DNA of 54,235 nucleotides, filler included, from Jimgerdemannia flammicorona (lineage: Eukaryota), in NCBI GenBank assembly GCA_003990765.1. It is 3 parts of 3 records of this genome, joined end to end, with 100 filler letters (N's around TTAATTAATTAA, not from the genome) between each part and the next. Parts side by side here need not be neighbours in the genome. Positions count along the whole stretch, not along the records: positions 36,226 to 54,235 come from RBNJ01002331.1; 2 more parts are not named here. The stretch is one strand, 5' to 3'. Below are positions 36,126-49,200 of this stretch, piece after piece (position 1 is the stretch's first letter; the number at the start of each line of letters is the position of its first letter). The position numbers and the translations under genes were made by a program. The notes under the pieces were generated by a model. The model was given only the letters and a program-made list of their open reading frames with translations. It was not told where the DNA came from and did no database searches.

Positions 36126-36225
36126 NNNNNNNNNNNNNNNNNNNNNNNNNNNNNNNNNNNNNNNNNNNNTTAATTAATTAANNNNNNNNNNNNNNNNNNN
36201 NNNNNNNNNNNNNNNNNNNNNNNNN
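36126..36225. other. Artificial contig spacer
   Basis: Same 44N-TTAATTAATTAA-44N linker. Confidence 0.97.
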
Positions 36226-37530
36226 TGTGTATTGCACTGAGAGGAACTGACTTTATTTCAGAGAAAATAAGAGGGGTATTTATACAAAATATAATTCAAT
36301 GGTTGCTAAGATATAAAGCTAAATATAAATTCCAATAACTAAAACTACTAAGTTCTAGGGTCAGCACTGATAGTTGTACAGGTTCAGGATGCTGGTATAA
36401 TTCAGTGTCACATCAGAATACCTGTGCTGGAATAATTTTGTGTCACCTTAGAATACCAGTGCTGGCATTATCCAGTGTTATATCAAAATACCAGTGCTGG
36501 CATTATTCAGTATAACAAAGAACTTAGAGCAGAAAGTTCAGGATCATAGGGGCTTTATCCTCATCATTTTTGCATACTTCAATGTCACACAGGATGACAT
36601 CATCACCAATGACATCATCACATTTGGTAGTGGGAAGGAGGTCTGGGGCTCTCCAGTTTATGAGGTTCTCTTCTACAAAATAGGGGACAAATGTGAGGTC
36701 TTGGGGAGATCTAACCCAGATACTTGGGCCTTAGAATACTGAGATCAATCCTTGCAGAAATTGATCTGGATTGTCTTAGAGGATGGGGTGCTAGAAGTCT
36801 TCTACTTCATCACTATTAAAGATGATAGTGGACTGAACTTCTGTAGCCACTCTGGCTTCTAGTGCATTGATATGATGGGATGACAGGTCTCTGAAATCTG
36901 AAACTCTAACATACTCCAAGTTGGGGATTGACCATAGTGCATGCCTAAAGATCTGATGGATCTTCTTAGCTGTTCTTGTTTTGCATATATCCATAGAAGT
37001 AGCATCTTGTAGCTTTTGAGTGCTGGTCTGTGGGAACTCCTGGTAGAGGAGGTTTTCTATTTTATACTCCTGCCACATTTGGAGATATATATTCAGTAGT
37101 AATAGTAATTCTTGTTTCCATTTCACGGTAGTAGAGGATAAAGTGATAGGGATCTGCAGTACCCAAGTTGACACTAGGAGTCCTTCTTGAGCAGGTTCTC
37201 AAGCTCTTCTGATGTCTTGGAATATCCTTTCCTCAACTGAAATACCTTGGTGATTCCTTGACCTTGAGGTTTGGTGGACAGCAGATATTTCATTTATGGT
37301 AAATCTTTGAGCTATTTTGAGATTAGTGGTTCTTGTTGGTTGCTGCTACTGTGGTTCCTTGATCCTTCTTTTATATTCTTCAGGATACTTATACTGTAGT
37401 CACAATGACTCATAGTTGGTCATCATTACACATCTCATATGCCATATGATCTTCTTGTGCTCTGATCTAGTGGCTTGCAAAAAAAGACTGTCTCCTGTAC
37501 TGATGTCATTATTCTGGGGTCACCATTACA
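36226..37530 (-). repeat. Family B 3' LTR (partial) with decayed U3 ORF (~36523-37290)
   Basis: Homologous to 20990-22532; piece 36791..37174 encodes QMWQEYKIENLL...IPNLEYVRVSDFRDLS. Confidence 0.93.
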
Positions 37531-37889
37531 TCTTCCTCCTGAATAAGAATCTTTCTGAGTATTCTTATTCATTGGTCCAGTCCTGAAAAATTTGCTGATC
37601 TCATAACCTCTGACAAGGGGTCAAAAAGTAGTGTTTATGGGCTAGCATCTTCTTTTTGTATTTTGGCATAATGGTGAAGAGTTGCTCCCTTTATATAGAG
37701 CAAGGGCCTAATTCTGATCTTGACCAATCAGTTGATGGTTCGAACTCCTCTGACTTCGAAAGTCTCACAGATGAGTAGTTGCCAGTACTGTATCTCTTAG
37801 AGAATAATCTAGACAGATAACCTGCTGGTTACAGGACATGCTGTTATGATTCGTGGACTAGAACCTTGCAGGTGGTCATTATGTTTTAC

Positions 37890-40800
37890 TTCTCTTGTAT
37901 AGGTTCATGATACTTCTTGAGTCTATTCCTATATACCATAGTAGGCAGTATGGTCTCTGAGATTTTTCTAAGCCAGAAGATAGTTCTCTTGATATCTTGC
38001 ATGTAGAAGGGTCCTTTCCATTTGGGCTCCAGTTTTTGTAACTATGAGGCTTCTACTATATTTCGATACAATAGAATCTTTTCTCTGATTCAGATGGGTT
38101 CTAGGGCCTTGTAATTCTTTTCTGCATTCTTCCTTATCAGTGCTTGTAACTTGGTGATATAATCTTCAGTCTTCTTTCTAATTTGGTATAGTTTCTGGAT
38201 TTCTGCATCAACCTGTCTCTAAGTTAGGTCTAGATTTGTGGCTGAGGTTTCATCAGAATCTTCTTCTCTAAAGAGCAGCTCTCTTGGGGTAAAGTGTGTA
38301 CTCTGTGACTATATGTCTCATAGGATAGAGAGGGTGGTTGAGAGATAGTTATCCCAATTCTCATATGTCTCTGAGATCTTTGCTAGAATGTTCTTGAGGG
38401 TTTTATTAGTTCTCTCTATCTATCCATTTCCTTAAGAGTGGTATACAGTGGTCTTGATGTGTTGGATCTTATATTTCTGATATATTATCTTATGGAATCC
38501 ATTGACAAATTCCATTCTGCAGTCTGTTGTAATTTGCTTTGGTGTCTTGTAGTAGCAGATGATTTCTCGGTGCAGGAAGTCAGCTATAGAGAGAGCATTG
38601 GCTTCTTGTAATGCTCCTATCTCTATCTATTTAGTGAAGAGGTCTACAATAACTATAATATAGTGATTTTCTGATAGGATTACTGGTAGTGGTCCAACAA
38701 TATCCATTGCGATGTGGTAGAAGGGGATAGGCTCAATTCTTGATGACCTAGGTGCCTGGTCTTACTGATCTTATTTCTGTTTTTGGTACTTATTATACCC
38801 TTTGACAAATTGGTGCAGGTCTTCTTCCATCTTGGGCCACCACATGATTCTTCTTGCCTTATTGTATATATTGGTTCCTCCTAAGTGTTCTTGCTTATGT
38901 ACTTTCTTCATTACTTGATACTTCTTATATTCAGGTATTACTAGCTTTCCTCCTTTTCTGAGTGTAGTGTTGTTTAGTTCAAACTGTTTTCAGGTCTGGT
39001 TGATAATAGTAATTATCCAGGGTTCGAGGTAGTTGGACATCTTCTGCTGCTCAAGATAGTTGATTAATCTATAGTATAGCTCCTTATTTATGTTGAATAG
39101 TCTTGATGGGGGTGTTTCAGAATATTCTTGAGAGTGCATTGGTATTAGTATTGGTCTTTCCTGAGTAGTGCTTGATAGTACAGTTATATTCTTGCAGCCT
39201 ATAGATCTATCTGATATATATTCCTTTGGAGTTTAGGGTGTGAAATAGCCAGGCAAGAGTGGAGTGGTCTGTTTGAATGATGAAGTGTTTCTTGGCTACA
39301 TAGTAGTGGAACTTGTCTACTGCCCAGACTACTGCTAAGCATTTGAGCTTATATAACTCATAGTTCTGTTCTACTCTATAGATATCTCGGCTTGCATAGG
39401 AGATGACATATTCATATCTATCTTTCTTCTGAGCTAGGACTGCTCTAAGTCCTATAGCACTTGTATCTGTCTGTAGGATGAATTTTAGGTTCCAGTCTGA
39501 TCTTCTGAGAATAGGTACTTGGGTCAACCTAGTCTTAAGTTTATTGAAGGTTTCTTGGCACTTCTTGGTCTATTTGAATTTGGTCTCCTTCTTCAGTAGC
39601 TTATAGATAAGTACTGCAATGTTGGAGTATCCTTTGATGAATCTTCTGTAGTAGCTGGCCAGTCCAAGGAAGACATAGGCTTCTGTAGTTATTCTGGGTC
39701 TCGGGTAGGCTACAATAGCCTCAATCTTCATGAGGTCTGTGTGGATTCTGGTCTGGTTGATGAGGTATTCTAGATAGGTGATTTCTTGAGCTGCAAACTT
39801 GCATTTCTTAGGCTTGATGTAAAGGCCATACTCCTTGAGCTTCTTGAGGGCTAGCTGTATGTGATTGACATATTTCCATATAGTGTTGCTGAAGATAATC
39901 ATATCATCAATATAGACAAAGAGCCATTTTCCAATCTCATTGCTGAAGACTCTGTTCATCATTTGCTGGAAACTTGCTGGGGCATTATATATTCCAAATG
40001 GCATTTGTAGGTAGATATAGGTGGTGTCAGGTATGATGAAGACTGATTTCTCACTGGTATCTTAAGTGAGACCAATCTGATGGAAGCCTGAGAACAGATC
40101 CAAGGTAGTGTAGTATTTGGCTTCACTTCTAAGAGTAGTAAGGATCTCTTGAATATTTGGCAAGAGCTGTCTATTCTTCTTGGTGATGGCATTGAGCTTC
40201 CTGTAGTCAATGCAGAGTCTTGGCGCAAACTCTCCAGATTTGCTTCCTTTCTTCAGAGCAAGGATAATGAGTGAGGCCCAGGGGCTGATAGCTTGCTTGA
40301 TGATTCTAGCTTCTTCTATTTTCTTGAGTTCTGCTTGCAGCCATTCTCTGTAGGTAGGTGGTATGGGTCTGGCTTTCTGGTAGATGGGCTTGATATCACT
40401 AGTGTCAACTTCATGGTAGTACTTGAGTTCTTGATTGTGGATATCTCTAAAGTCTATAGCAAGTACTCCTTCATTCTGGTACAGGATCTTGAGAAGTTGT
40501 TTCTCTAGGGGAAAGTTTTCTCCAATAATATATGTGTGCTTATTCTGGTCCTTGTCTTTCTTGTGCTCAAGTTCAGTAATCTTGGTGGTAGCATAGGCTC
40601 CTCTTCCAATAGATCCAAAACCTTATTCTCCTCTCTTAGTCTTGATGAGTTCAATGGCTTCTATGATCTTGGGCTTCTTGACTTCATAGATCAGCATCTG
40701 GCCAATTCTGTCATACTTCTTGACTTTGAATGGGGTGGTGGAGTTGTGATTCCTAACTATGAGGAAGATCTCACCAGTGTAATCAGGGTCAATTACTCCT

Positions 40801-43122
40801 CTTTCAACTGAGATTTCACTTTTGGTCAGACTGCTCCTGATCTTGATAATTCTGGCATAGTTTTCTGGCAGCTTAACTCCAATTCCAGTGCCAAGTAGGG
40901 TGGTGGTCTATGGTTCAAGAGTAGCATCTTGAATGCTGACAAGGTCCATTCCTATGGCTCCTTCAGTCTTATATTCTGAGATCTTGGCTTTGGGGTGAAA
41001 CTTCTTGACCTTGAGGGTGATGTCTGATTCTTGTTCCTCCTCATCATCATTGTCAGCTTGAAGCTCTGGGGGCTGGTCATCTTCTTCAGCTTTCTTTTTT
41101 GCTTCAGTGGCTTCTTGCTCATGTTTCTGTTGGCAGATTTTCCTAACTTCACTGATATAGGACCAGCAGTCATTCAGGTGTTCTGAGCAGTACATCCTAG
41201 TACCATGGGGGTATCTTTCTTGAGAGGCATACCCATCGATGATCTTGTTGTACCACTGCTCATCTGTGAGCTTAGGTGTCTTGTTCTTGTTCTTATTCTT
41301 GTTCTTGTTCACTGAGTATATGAAGACCTCTGTATCCTCTTCATCTCCTTCCTCTATGTCTGGTAGAACTCCTTTGTAAACATTGATAGAGACTCATATC
41401 TTTCTTCCTCTGTAGTTGATCTGTATCTTCTGAGCATTGAGGTCAATGATGGCCTTGGCCTTGTGAAGCTATTGGTTGCTAATGAGGATGTCATAGTTGG
41501 TGGCACTTGTAACAATCATATCTACTGGGATGGTAGCTCCTCCTATCTTGATAGGGACTTTTCAGATTTTGCCAAGGGGGGTAGCTTGTATATTATCTGC
41601 TGTGACATAGACCATCTTGGTGGACTCTTCAATGTCCCAACCTAGGTGGTCAATTGTCTTCTTGCTTATGAGGTATCCTCTAGCACCAGTATCAATAATA
41701 GCATCAAAGATACAGTCTTCAATTTGACATAGGGTATAGGCTGATGTCTTGCACTGGTCTTCAGATTCTTCATCTGAGTTCTCAGATTCTTCCTGTGCAT
41801 TATGAGCTTCTACAATCTTGTACTCTTGATTCTTGGTGATAGTTGCAAGTCCTACTCTCAACTGCTGTCTGAAGGCAGAGACTTCAGCTAGCTGTCCAAA
41901 GGTGGTATTGATCTTCTATTCCTTGAGATCCTTGTAGATATCATACTAGTGGATCTTGGTCTTGTGCAGCTTCTATTCCTTCTTGTTTTTGCTTTCTCCT
42001 AAGACTAAAGTAGTACCTTCAATGATTTGGCAGGCAGCTTCATCTAACTCTATGTCTTGATCAATCTCCTCAGGTTGGGTCTTGCTTTGAATAGTGATAG
42101 CTGGAGTCTTCTTTGGTCTTCCAACTGGCTTGCTGTTGCTCTTTTTATCATAGGGCTTGAACTGGGTTCTGGTACCTTCAGTAGCAGGGTAGAATTCAAG
42201 CTTCTCGTAGTATTCTTCATCATCAGTATCACTAATCTCCTTGATGACTACTGTATTAGTTTGTTCTCTAGTTCTACTAGCATTACTTGATTAGGTTTTG
42301 CATCTTGTTTCAGTCATACAATTCTTTATATAGTGGCCTTCTTCTCCACATCTGAAGCATGTGATATTGCATTCTTCTGTAGCAGCTGCAAATCTCTGCA
42401 CTGGTCTTCTATTGGTACTTCAGACTTCTCTAATGACATCACCAAGATGTGCAGTTATTTTGGCAAATTTCTTGGTGAGTTCTTCCACTAGGTCAGCTTT
42501 GGCTGTCTTATAGATAGGTAGGATTGGTTGTCTGTTTACAACTGTGGCAGATATAATACTAGTTGGCTTTGATGGCTCCATTTTGATACCAGTTATTTTC
42601 TCCATTGAGTGTTCAGCAGGGTATCTAGCAGTCCAATATCTCTGTACAAAGACCACTTTCTGATCAAGGGTCAGTGTAGCTGGGGTAGATCAGATTGCTA
42701 GGGCAATTTCAAGATGAACTCCTTTGAGGAAGGTTGAATCCACTATTTGTTTCTTGAGATAGTCATCATAGCCAGCCAAGACAATCTGGTGACAGATTCA
42801 GATATAGAATAAGTTGGGATCTTCACTAAGTCTCTGGTAGATAGTATTGAGTTGATTCTTGAGAGCTTGCTTGATCTCTTCAGTATAATATATTATTCTA
42901 AGGAAGGCCTTCATATTGGTAAGTTTTGCTACACCAGCATTAGCAATGGTAGCTACATTGAACTTATCTCTGACAGATTCTCTGAGGCTGACTGGTAGAA
43001 GAGTCAATTGTGCATCTACACCAAGGGCTCATACAGCAGTGAATTGTTCAAAGTCTTCAATGAAGGTCAGGATTGACTCTTCAGTAGTATATCCATAGAA
43101 TATGAGGGGGTATATTTCCATC
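37890..43122 (-). pseudogene. Family B gag-pol (Gag, PR, dUTPase, RT, RH, IN) with many stops
   Basis: Track fragments 42798..43007, 42420..42656, 41562..41861, 40908..41312, 39570..40004 and 39207..39527; Gypsy domain order. Confidence 0.92.
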
Positions 43123-43231
43123 TTGTCTTGAATTCTTGCAGGGGTGACTCTTATAGTTAGGGTTGTTGTTATGAGGGTTGTTCATTTTTCAGCTTGAAAG
43201 TGAGGAATTCATCTTGAATCATCAGCCAAGT

Positions 43232-44748
43232 TGTCATGTAGTGGTCACTGAGTCCTTCAAATATATCAGATTCTCTTCAAGGTATATCTCTTAGACTAAC
43301 TCAAGTTTGTTATAAGTAAGTTCTTATTAGAGTATCTTCCCAAGGTCTTATAATCCTCAAACTTCTTATCTTTAAACTATCTTGTTATCTCTTAGATTGC
43401 TTGCAAAGAAGTATATATATTGCACTGAGAGGAACTGACTTTATTTCAAAGGAAATAAGAGGGATATTTATATAAAATATAATTCAATGGTTGCTAAGAT
43501 ATAAAGCTAAATATAAATTCCAATAACTAAAACTACTAAGTTCCAGGGTCAGCACTGATGGTTGTACAGGTTCAGAATACTGGTATAATTCAGTATCATA
43601 TCAGAATACCAGTGTTGGAATAATTTTGTATCACCTCAGAATGCCAGTGCTGGTATTATCTGATGTTATATCAAAATATCAGTACTGGTATTATTCAGTA
43701 TAACAAAGAACTTAGAGCAGAAAGTTCAGGATCATGGGGGCTTCATCCTCATTATTACTGAAGGAGATGAGATCTACAAACTTATCATTTTCATATACTT
43801 CGATATTATGCAAGATAATGTCATCACCGATGACATTATTATGTTTGGTGGTGGGAAGGAGGTCTGAGGCTCTCCAGTCTATGAGGTTCTCTTCTACAAA
43901 ATAGGAGACAAATGTGGGGTCTTGGAGAGATCTAACCCAGATGCTTGGGCCTTAGAATACTGAGATCAATTCTTGTAGGAATTGGTCTGAATTGTCTTGA
44001 AAGATGGAGTACCAGAAGTCTTCTACTTCATCACTATTGAGGGTGATAGTAGACTGGGCTTCTCTAGCTACTCTGGCTTCTAGTGCATTGATATGATGGA
44101 ATGACAAGTCTCTGAAATATGAAACTCTAATATACTCTAAGTTGGAGATCAACTATAATATATGTCTGAAGATCTAATAGATCTTCTTAACTATCCTTGT
44201 TTCGTATATATCCATGGAAGTGGCATCTTGTAGCTCTTGAGTGCTGGCCTGTGGGAACTCCTGGCAGAGGAGATTTCCTATTTCATACTTCTACCATATT
44301 TGAAGGTATTTGGTAGTAATGGTGATCCTTATTTCCATTTCATGGCAGTAGAGAATAAAGTGATAGAGATCTGCAGTACCCAGGTTGACACTAGAAGTCC
44401 TTCTTGAGCAGGTCCTCATGGCTCTTCTAATGTCTTGAAACATCCTTTCCTCAACTGAGATACCTTAGTAATTCCTTGACCTTAAGGTTTGGCAGATAGT
44501 AGATATTTCATTTATAATAAGTCTTTGAGCTATTTTGAAATTGGTGGTTCTTGTTGGTTGCTGCTACTACAGTTCCTTGATCCTTCTTTTATATTCTTCA
44601 GGATGCTTGTACTGTGGTCACAATGACTCACAGTTGGTCATCATTGCTCATCTCATATGCTGTATGATCTTCTTGTGCTCCGATCTGGTGGCTTGCAAGG
44701 AAAGGCTGTCTCCTGTGCTGATGTCATCATTCTGGGGTCACCGTTACA
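43232..44748 (-). repeat. Family B 5' LTR (1517 bp) with decayed U3 ORF (~43711-44510)
   Basis: TGTAAC...ATGACA on minus; piece 43952..44152 matches the U3 protein. Confidence 0.94.
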
Positions 44749-44818
44749 ATACATTTTCTTCGGCTAAGTATGCTACCCATTTGGTACTGTGGAGGCTTCC
44801 GCTGGAGGCTTCTAATAC

Positions 44819-45926
44819 TTACTCGTCCAGATTGATTAGGAAATCGTTGGCGCCTTCGTTGGACGGGTCCAGGTTTCTCGTGAAGAACCTTGTTTCCATC
44901 TCGATCAGGTGGTCCCTGGTGATTTTGTTGGTTTGGTCTTCGTCGAGTAACTGGTTGAGGATCAGGCATTCTCCTGTGCTGAGTTCCTTGAACATCCTTG
45001 GCGTGATCCTGTACAACCATTCCTCATCAAGTTGGAGCGCCGCCTTGCCTTGGTGATGTCGTTCCAGGATCGGTTCCTTGAAGTTGTTGAAGTCGGCGGC
45101 GGATTTCCTTGGTGGCGGCCTTCTTGATGGCTTGTTCGGATGCTGTCGGTCTCGCTTCCTTCCTTCTCGGCGATTAGCAGCCCGAAGCGTCGGTAGGCTA
45201 CTATGGATTGGGCTCCGAAAGCCTCTTCCGCTCCTTTATTTTTGGCGTCGGCGAAGGCTCCTGCAATGTCGTTGATGGGTCCTTCTGGGATCGTCGGAAT
45301 TGCTGGCCTTTCCGATGCTTCTTGGAAAGCTCTTCTGATCCTGTCTGCCGTGGTGCTGAGAACGGTGTTGATCGGGAAAAGGATTTCCGACAGTTCTGGA
45401 AGATCAGGTATATGCACTGGTAGTTGTGGAGGAGTGTTCAATCTCCAGGGCGTTGGAGATGGTATTTCTTGTTCTGCGCTGGCAGCTCCTTCATCATCGG
45501 ATATTTCAATCGGTGGCTCCATGGTCCTTTCCCGGAGGGTCCTTCTAACCCGTCTCGTTGCCCGGCCCCTTTGGTTTATCCTTGCCTGTAGCCAGGCCGG
45601 TGGTACGAGAGTCGCTTCTCGTTCCCGCCTTCTGAGGTCGGCGGTTTCTTCAAGAAGGCGCTGGATCTCTTCGCCTTGTTGTCGCGCGTATTCCATGTCT
45701 TCGATCTTTTTAAGCAGCTCGGCTACTTGTAGATCCTTGGGATATCGAAGATCGGCTTGATGCAGCTCAAGCATTTTCCGCCTTGGTTGACGTAAATGTG
45801 GGCTGCACATTGAACGTGGATTGGCGACTTGCACTTTGGACAATTCCAGGCGACTTCTCTCGGAAGGATGGGCTCGATGCACGCTGAGCACTCCTTTCGT
45901 AGATAGGGTTGGTCTCGGCGGTTCAA
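44819..45926 (-). pseudogene. C4HC3 (PHD/NSE1-RING-like) zinc finger, coiled coil and homologue of the LTR U3 domain; frameshifted
   Basis: C-x2-C-x12-C-x2-C-x4-H-x2-C-x11-C-x2-C in 45723..45926. Continues in other frames (44962..45891, 44819..45016) with IRRA...AYRRFGLLI and LYRITPRMFKELS. No in-frame ATG seen; CpG-rich. Confidence 0.6.
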
Positions 45927-46216
45927 TTCAATTTTTTCCGAGCACTAGACCAGATATCCTTTTTGTAATTTTTGGTATAATATTGTATAAGATAATATTT
46001 GCATCAACAAATATAGATATATATTTTTATAGCTCACAAAAATTGCCACATTTTGAAGAAAAGCAGATTTAAATATATGATATTTGGTGTTTTGGGTGTT
46101 CTCAACTCTGCAAAGATGGTAGTGGGCCTGTTGAATATAATTAAGCACTTTTTTTTTTTTTTTTTTTTTTTTTTTCAATTGAATATTATTCCCTGCGACG
46201 ACACCTTGGCCATCCA

Positions 46217-49200
46217 TTAATATTTTTCGCGCATCACCTCATACTGCCGCAACATCTCCCTCGTCAGCGACGGCCTGACCACCAAAAGTGCGTCCGCAAA
46301 ATGGCGCATTTCCTGGAATTGGACGTAATCAGTATCTAAACTTCCACCACTAAATGCCGACAAAGATCAAACAAAAACCCACCACGCATGCTGCCTCCCG
46401 CATCGCGCGAAGCGTTATAATGGCAGCCTCGCGGCAGAGGTTCTCAATATCTGCGCCCGTATACATATCGGTCTGCGGGTCGATATGAAACTACAATGGT
46501 TAAGTTTAAATGTGATATTGGCTCGTCATAGAATCGGGGTCGTGAGACGCACCTGTCCTGCCAGCGCCTCGAGGTCAACATCCTCCGACAATGGTGTATT
46601 TCGGGTGTGGATCTGCAAAATTTGGAGGCGGGCCGTGAAGTCTGGTGGGGGAACCTGTATGCGTGCGAAAGGCAAGACATACTATTAGTTTTGATCAATT
46701 GGCTGGCGACGACCAATCTCAGACTAATACGCACATAAACGAGCCTGTCAAACCTCCCTGGCCTTAGCAGTGCCGCATCAAGCATGTCGGGCCGGTTCGT
46801 CGCTCCCTATAAAGTCATCCATTTAGCATATTACCAATCCCCAAAAATAACTATTAGCGCGAAGATCCGTTCCGTCAAACCCACCACGACCAGCACCGAC
46901 GTCGCGCTTTCCACGCCGTCCATCTCGTTTAGTAGCATCGACAACACCCGTTCCTGCACATTATCACCGCTCCCGCTTCCGTAACCTAGGTTCCGCTTGC
47001 CAACGATGGCGTCAATCTCGTCGAAGAAGATAACGCTGGGAAAAGCAGAGCGGGCTTTTTGAAAGGTGGAGCGAACTGGTAAAATAGGGGGAGAGGGAGA
47101 AGTTTGTTACCCTTCGAAACAAACCGCTGGCATATCACAGAGATGAGGGGAATATACCGACTAATCTTCTCTGAATCACCAACATAGGGCGAATACAGCT
47201 GAGCGCTGTTAACGGAAAGGAAGCTAGCGCCTGAGGTGCTGGCGATGACCTGCGATATTGGATCACTAAAGAGTTCCATCAAAAACACAAATAGAAAATT
47301 CCGAATGATACTTGACCATATAGCGCCATCCACCCACCTTCACTAACGTAGTCTTACTGCACCCAGGCGGCCCGTACAGCAAGATCCCGCGCGGCGGACG
47401 CAACCCGAGCCGCTCGAAAGTGGCACGGTGTTTGATGGGCCACTCGACGGCCTGGCGCAATTTCTGGGAATCGAGGAGAACTTTTATTTAACCGAACATG
47501 GATGCTATATTGTAACATGCGTTGTCCGTAAATCTCTCCCCACACTCCCTACACTCCCTCCCAACCCAGAAAGCAAAGACTCGGACCTTTTTTACGTCAT
47601 CCAACCCTCCCACGTCTTCCCACCGCGTCATTTCCACCTCGACTTGCACCCCCCGCTGTATCGACGGCCCGACGCGCGCCATGGCGAGCTGGAAATCGCG
47701 CATCACGACCCGATCCACCGTACTGATCGAAACGTGAGGACGGACGTATCAGCGGCAGCCTTAGTAGCACAGAAAACAACATGCATGTAAAAAACAATAT
47801 CCCGGACGCACCCATCCCCGTCCGTTACACTCCGATGCACGGCGCCCATAGCCGCCTCGCGGCATAGTGCCGCCAGATCCGCGCCCACGTAGCCATTCGT
47901 CGCGCGGGCGAGGGCGGCTGGGTTGTTGGTGGATGAAAGCGGTGAGGCACCGAGAATGACAAAGGAGGGGGAGCAACGAAGACTTACCCATATCGACGTC
48001 GTCTGCCAGGGGCATGGTTCGTGTCTGCGACGAGAGGATCCGGAGGCGCGTCAGTTCGGAAGGTGGATCGATTGCAATTTCGCGGTCAAACCTGTCGATG
48101 CGAATGAAGAAAGCGTCTCAGGCAATCATGTTAAATTAATTGAACCTTAAAAGCACGAACACCCGACACTTTGAACGGGTTGCCCTCACCTCCCGGGTCT
48201 CCTGAGGGCTGGATCGATGGCGTTTTGTCGGTTGGTGGCCGCCACGACGACGACCCGCCCGCGCGACGTCACGCCGTCCATGAGAGTGAGAAGCTGCGCC
48301 ACGACACGGGACTCGTGCGGCTGCGCCGTGGCTCGATGAGGAGTCAAGGAGTCCTGTGAGATAGAACGAAGAGTGGTGAGCGTCGTTGGAGAGAAGAAGG
48401 GAATCAAATGGAGGTCGGCACGTACCAGCTCGTCAATGAAGAGGATCACGGATACCATTTCCTCAACGGCCAGGGCTTTGGCTTGATCGAACTTGGAACG
48501 GAGCTTTTCCTCGCTTTCGCCAATATAGGGGCTGTAAACTTCCGGACCGTGAATTGTCACCTAGAATAGATAAATGAACGAAGGTTCAGCGTGCCGAGCG
48601 CGGTGGCGAGCTGACCGAACCTATAGTGCAGCGTACCAGCTTGGCGTTGCAGGCTTGCGCAATGGAGGAAACGAGAAATGTCTTGCCAACGCCGGGAGGC
48701 CCGTAGAGGAGAACGCCTGAGGTAGGGAGGCATGGTTAAAATTCCAAAATATGAAGCGAGGGGTTCCTTAGTAACAGTCAAGAGCCCTTCCTGAAAAAGG
48801 TGAGATAACAGTAAAAATAAGACAAACCCTTCGGGCACTCGATCCCCAACGCTCGAATCAAGTCCGGGTACACCAACGGGTAGCTTACCACCTCCAACAA
48901 CGCGTCGTAAGCGCTCTCTAGTCCCGGTAACGACGGGGCACCGCTGCGCTTTATCGCATCGAGGGAGAGAGACACGAGCGACGATGCGACGGAATTCGCA
49001 AGGTCAGATTGGGAGGGAATGTGGAGGATAATCCGCGTGGCTGGGGTGATTTGGACATGATGGATGAAGGGGATGGTAGAAATTATCTGTGGGCAGGAAG
49101 GGGTGGGGAGGCATTGATTGTGAGAAGGGTTGTGTACGGAGAGAGAGAGGCGAGGGAAAGAAAGAAAGACGGACGAACCGAGATGGAGAGACAAAATCGT

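Larger units (their letters stand above)
36226..44748 (-). mobile_element. Ty3/Gypsy family B copy 2, near complete, heavily mutated
   Basis: 5' LTR 43232-44748, then gag, PR (IIDTGA), dUTPase (~40600-41020), RT (YIDD), RNase H (QTDTSAIG) and integrase (AMDIVGPLP, KWKGPF). PPT 37531-37541; 3' LTR 36226-37530 cut by contig start. Confidence 0.95.

Noticed and set aside
37540..37890. Chromodomain or extra ORF after the family B integrase
   Set aside because: No WxGY/WEP motif visible and no convincing frame in this decayed single copy.
18115..44748. Family B copies 1 and 2 as one locus, or as LTRs flanking and mobilising the BTB-SPRY cluster
   Set aside because: They have different 5' flanks (ATAAC vs ATACA) and different indels, and are separated by an artificial contig join.
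44535..45056. 173-aa plus-strand ORF spanning the LTR edge
   Set aside because: Chance antisense frame crossing an insertion junction.
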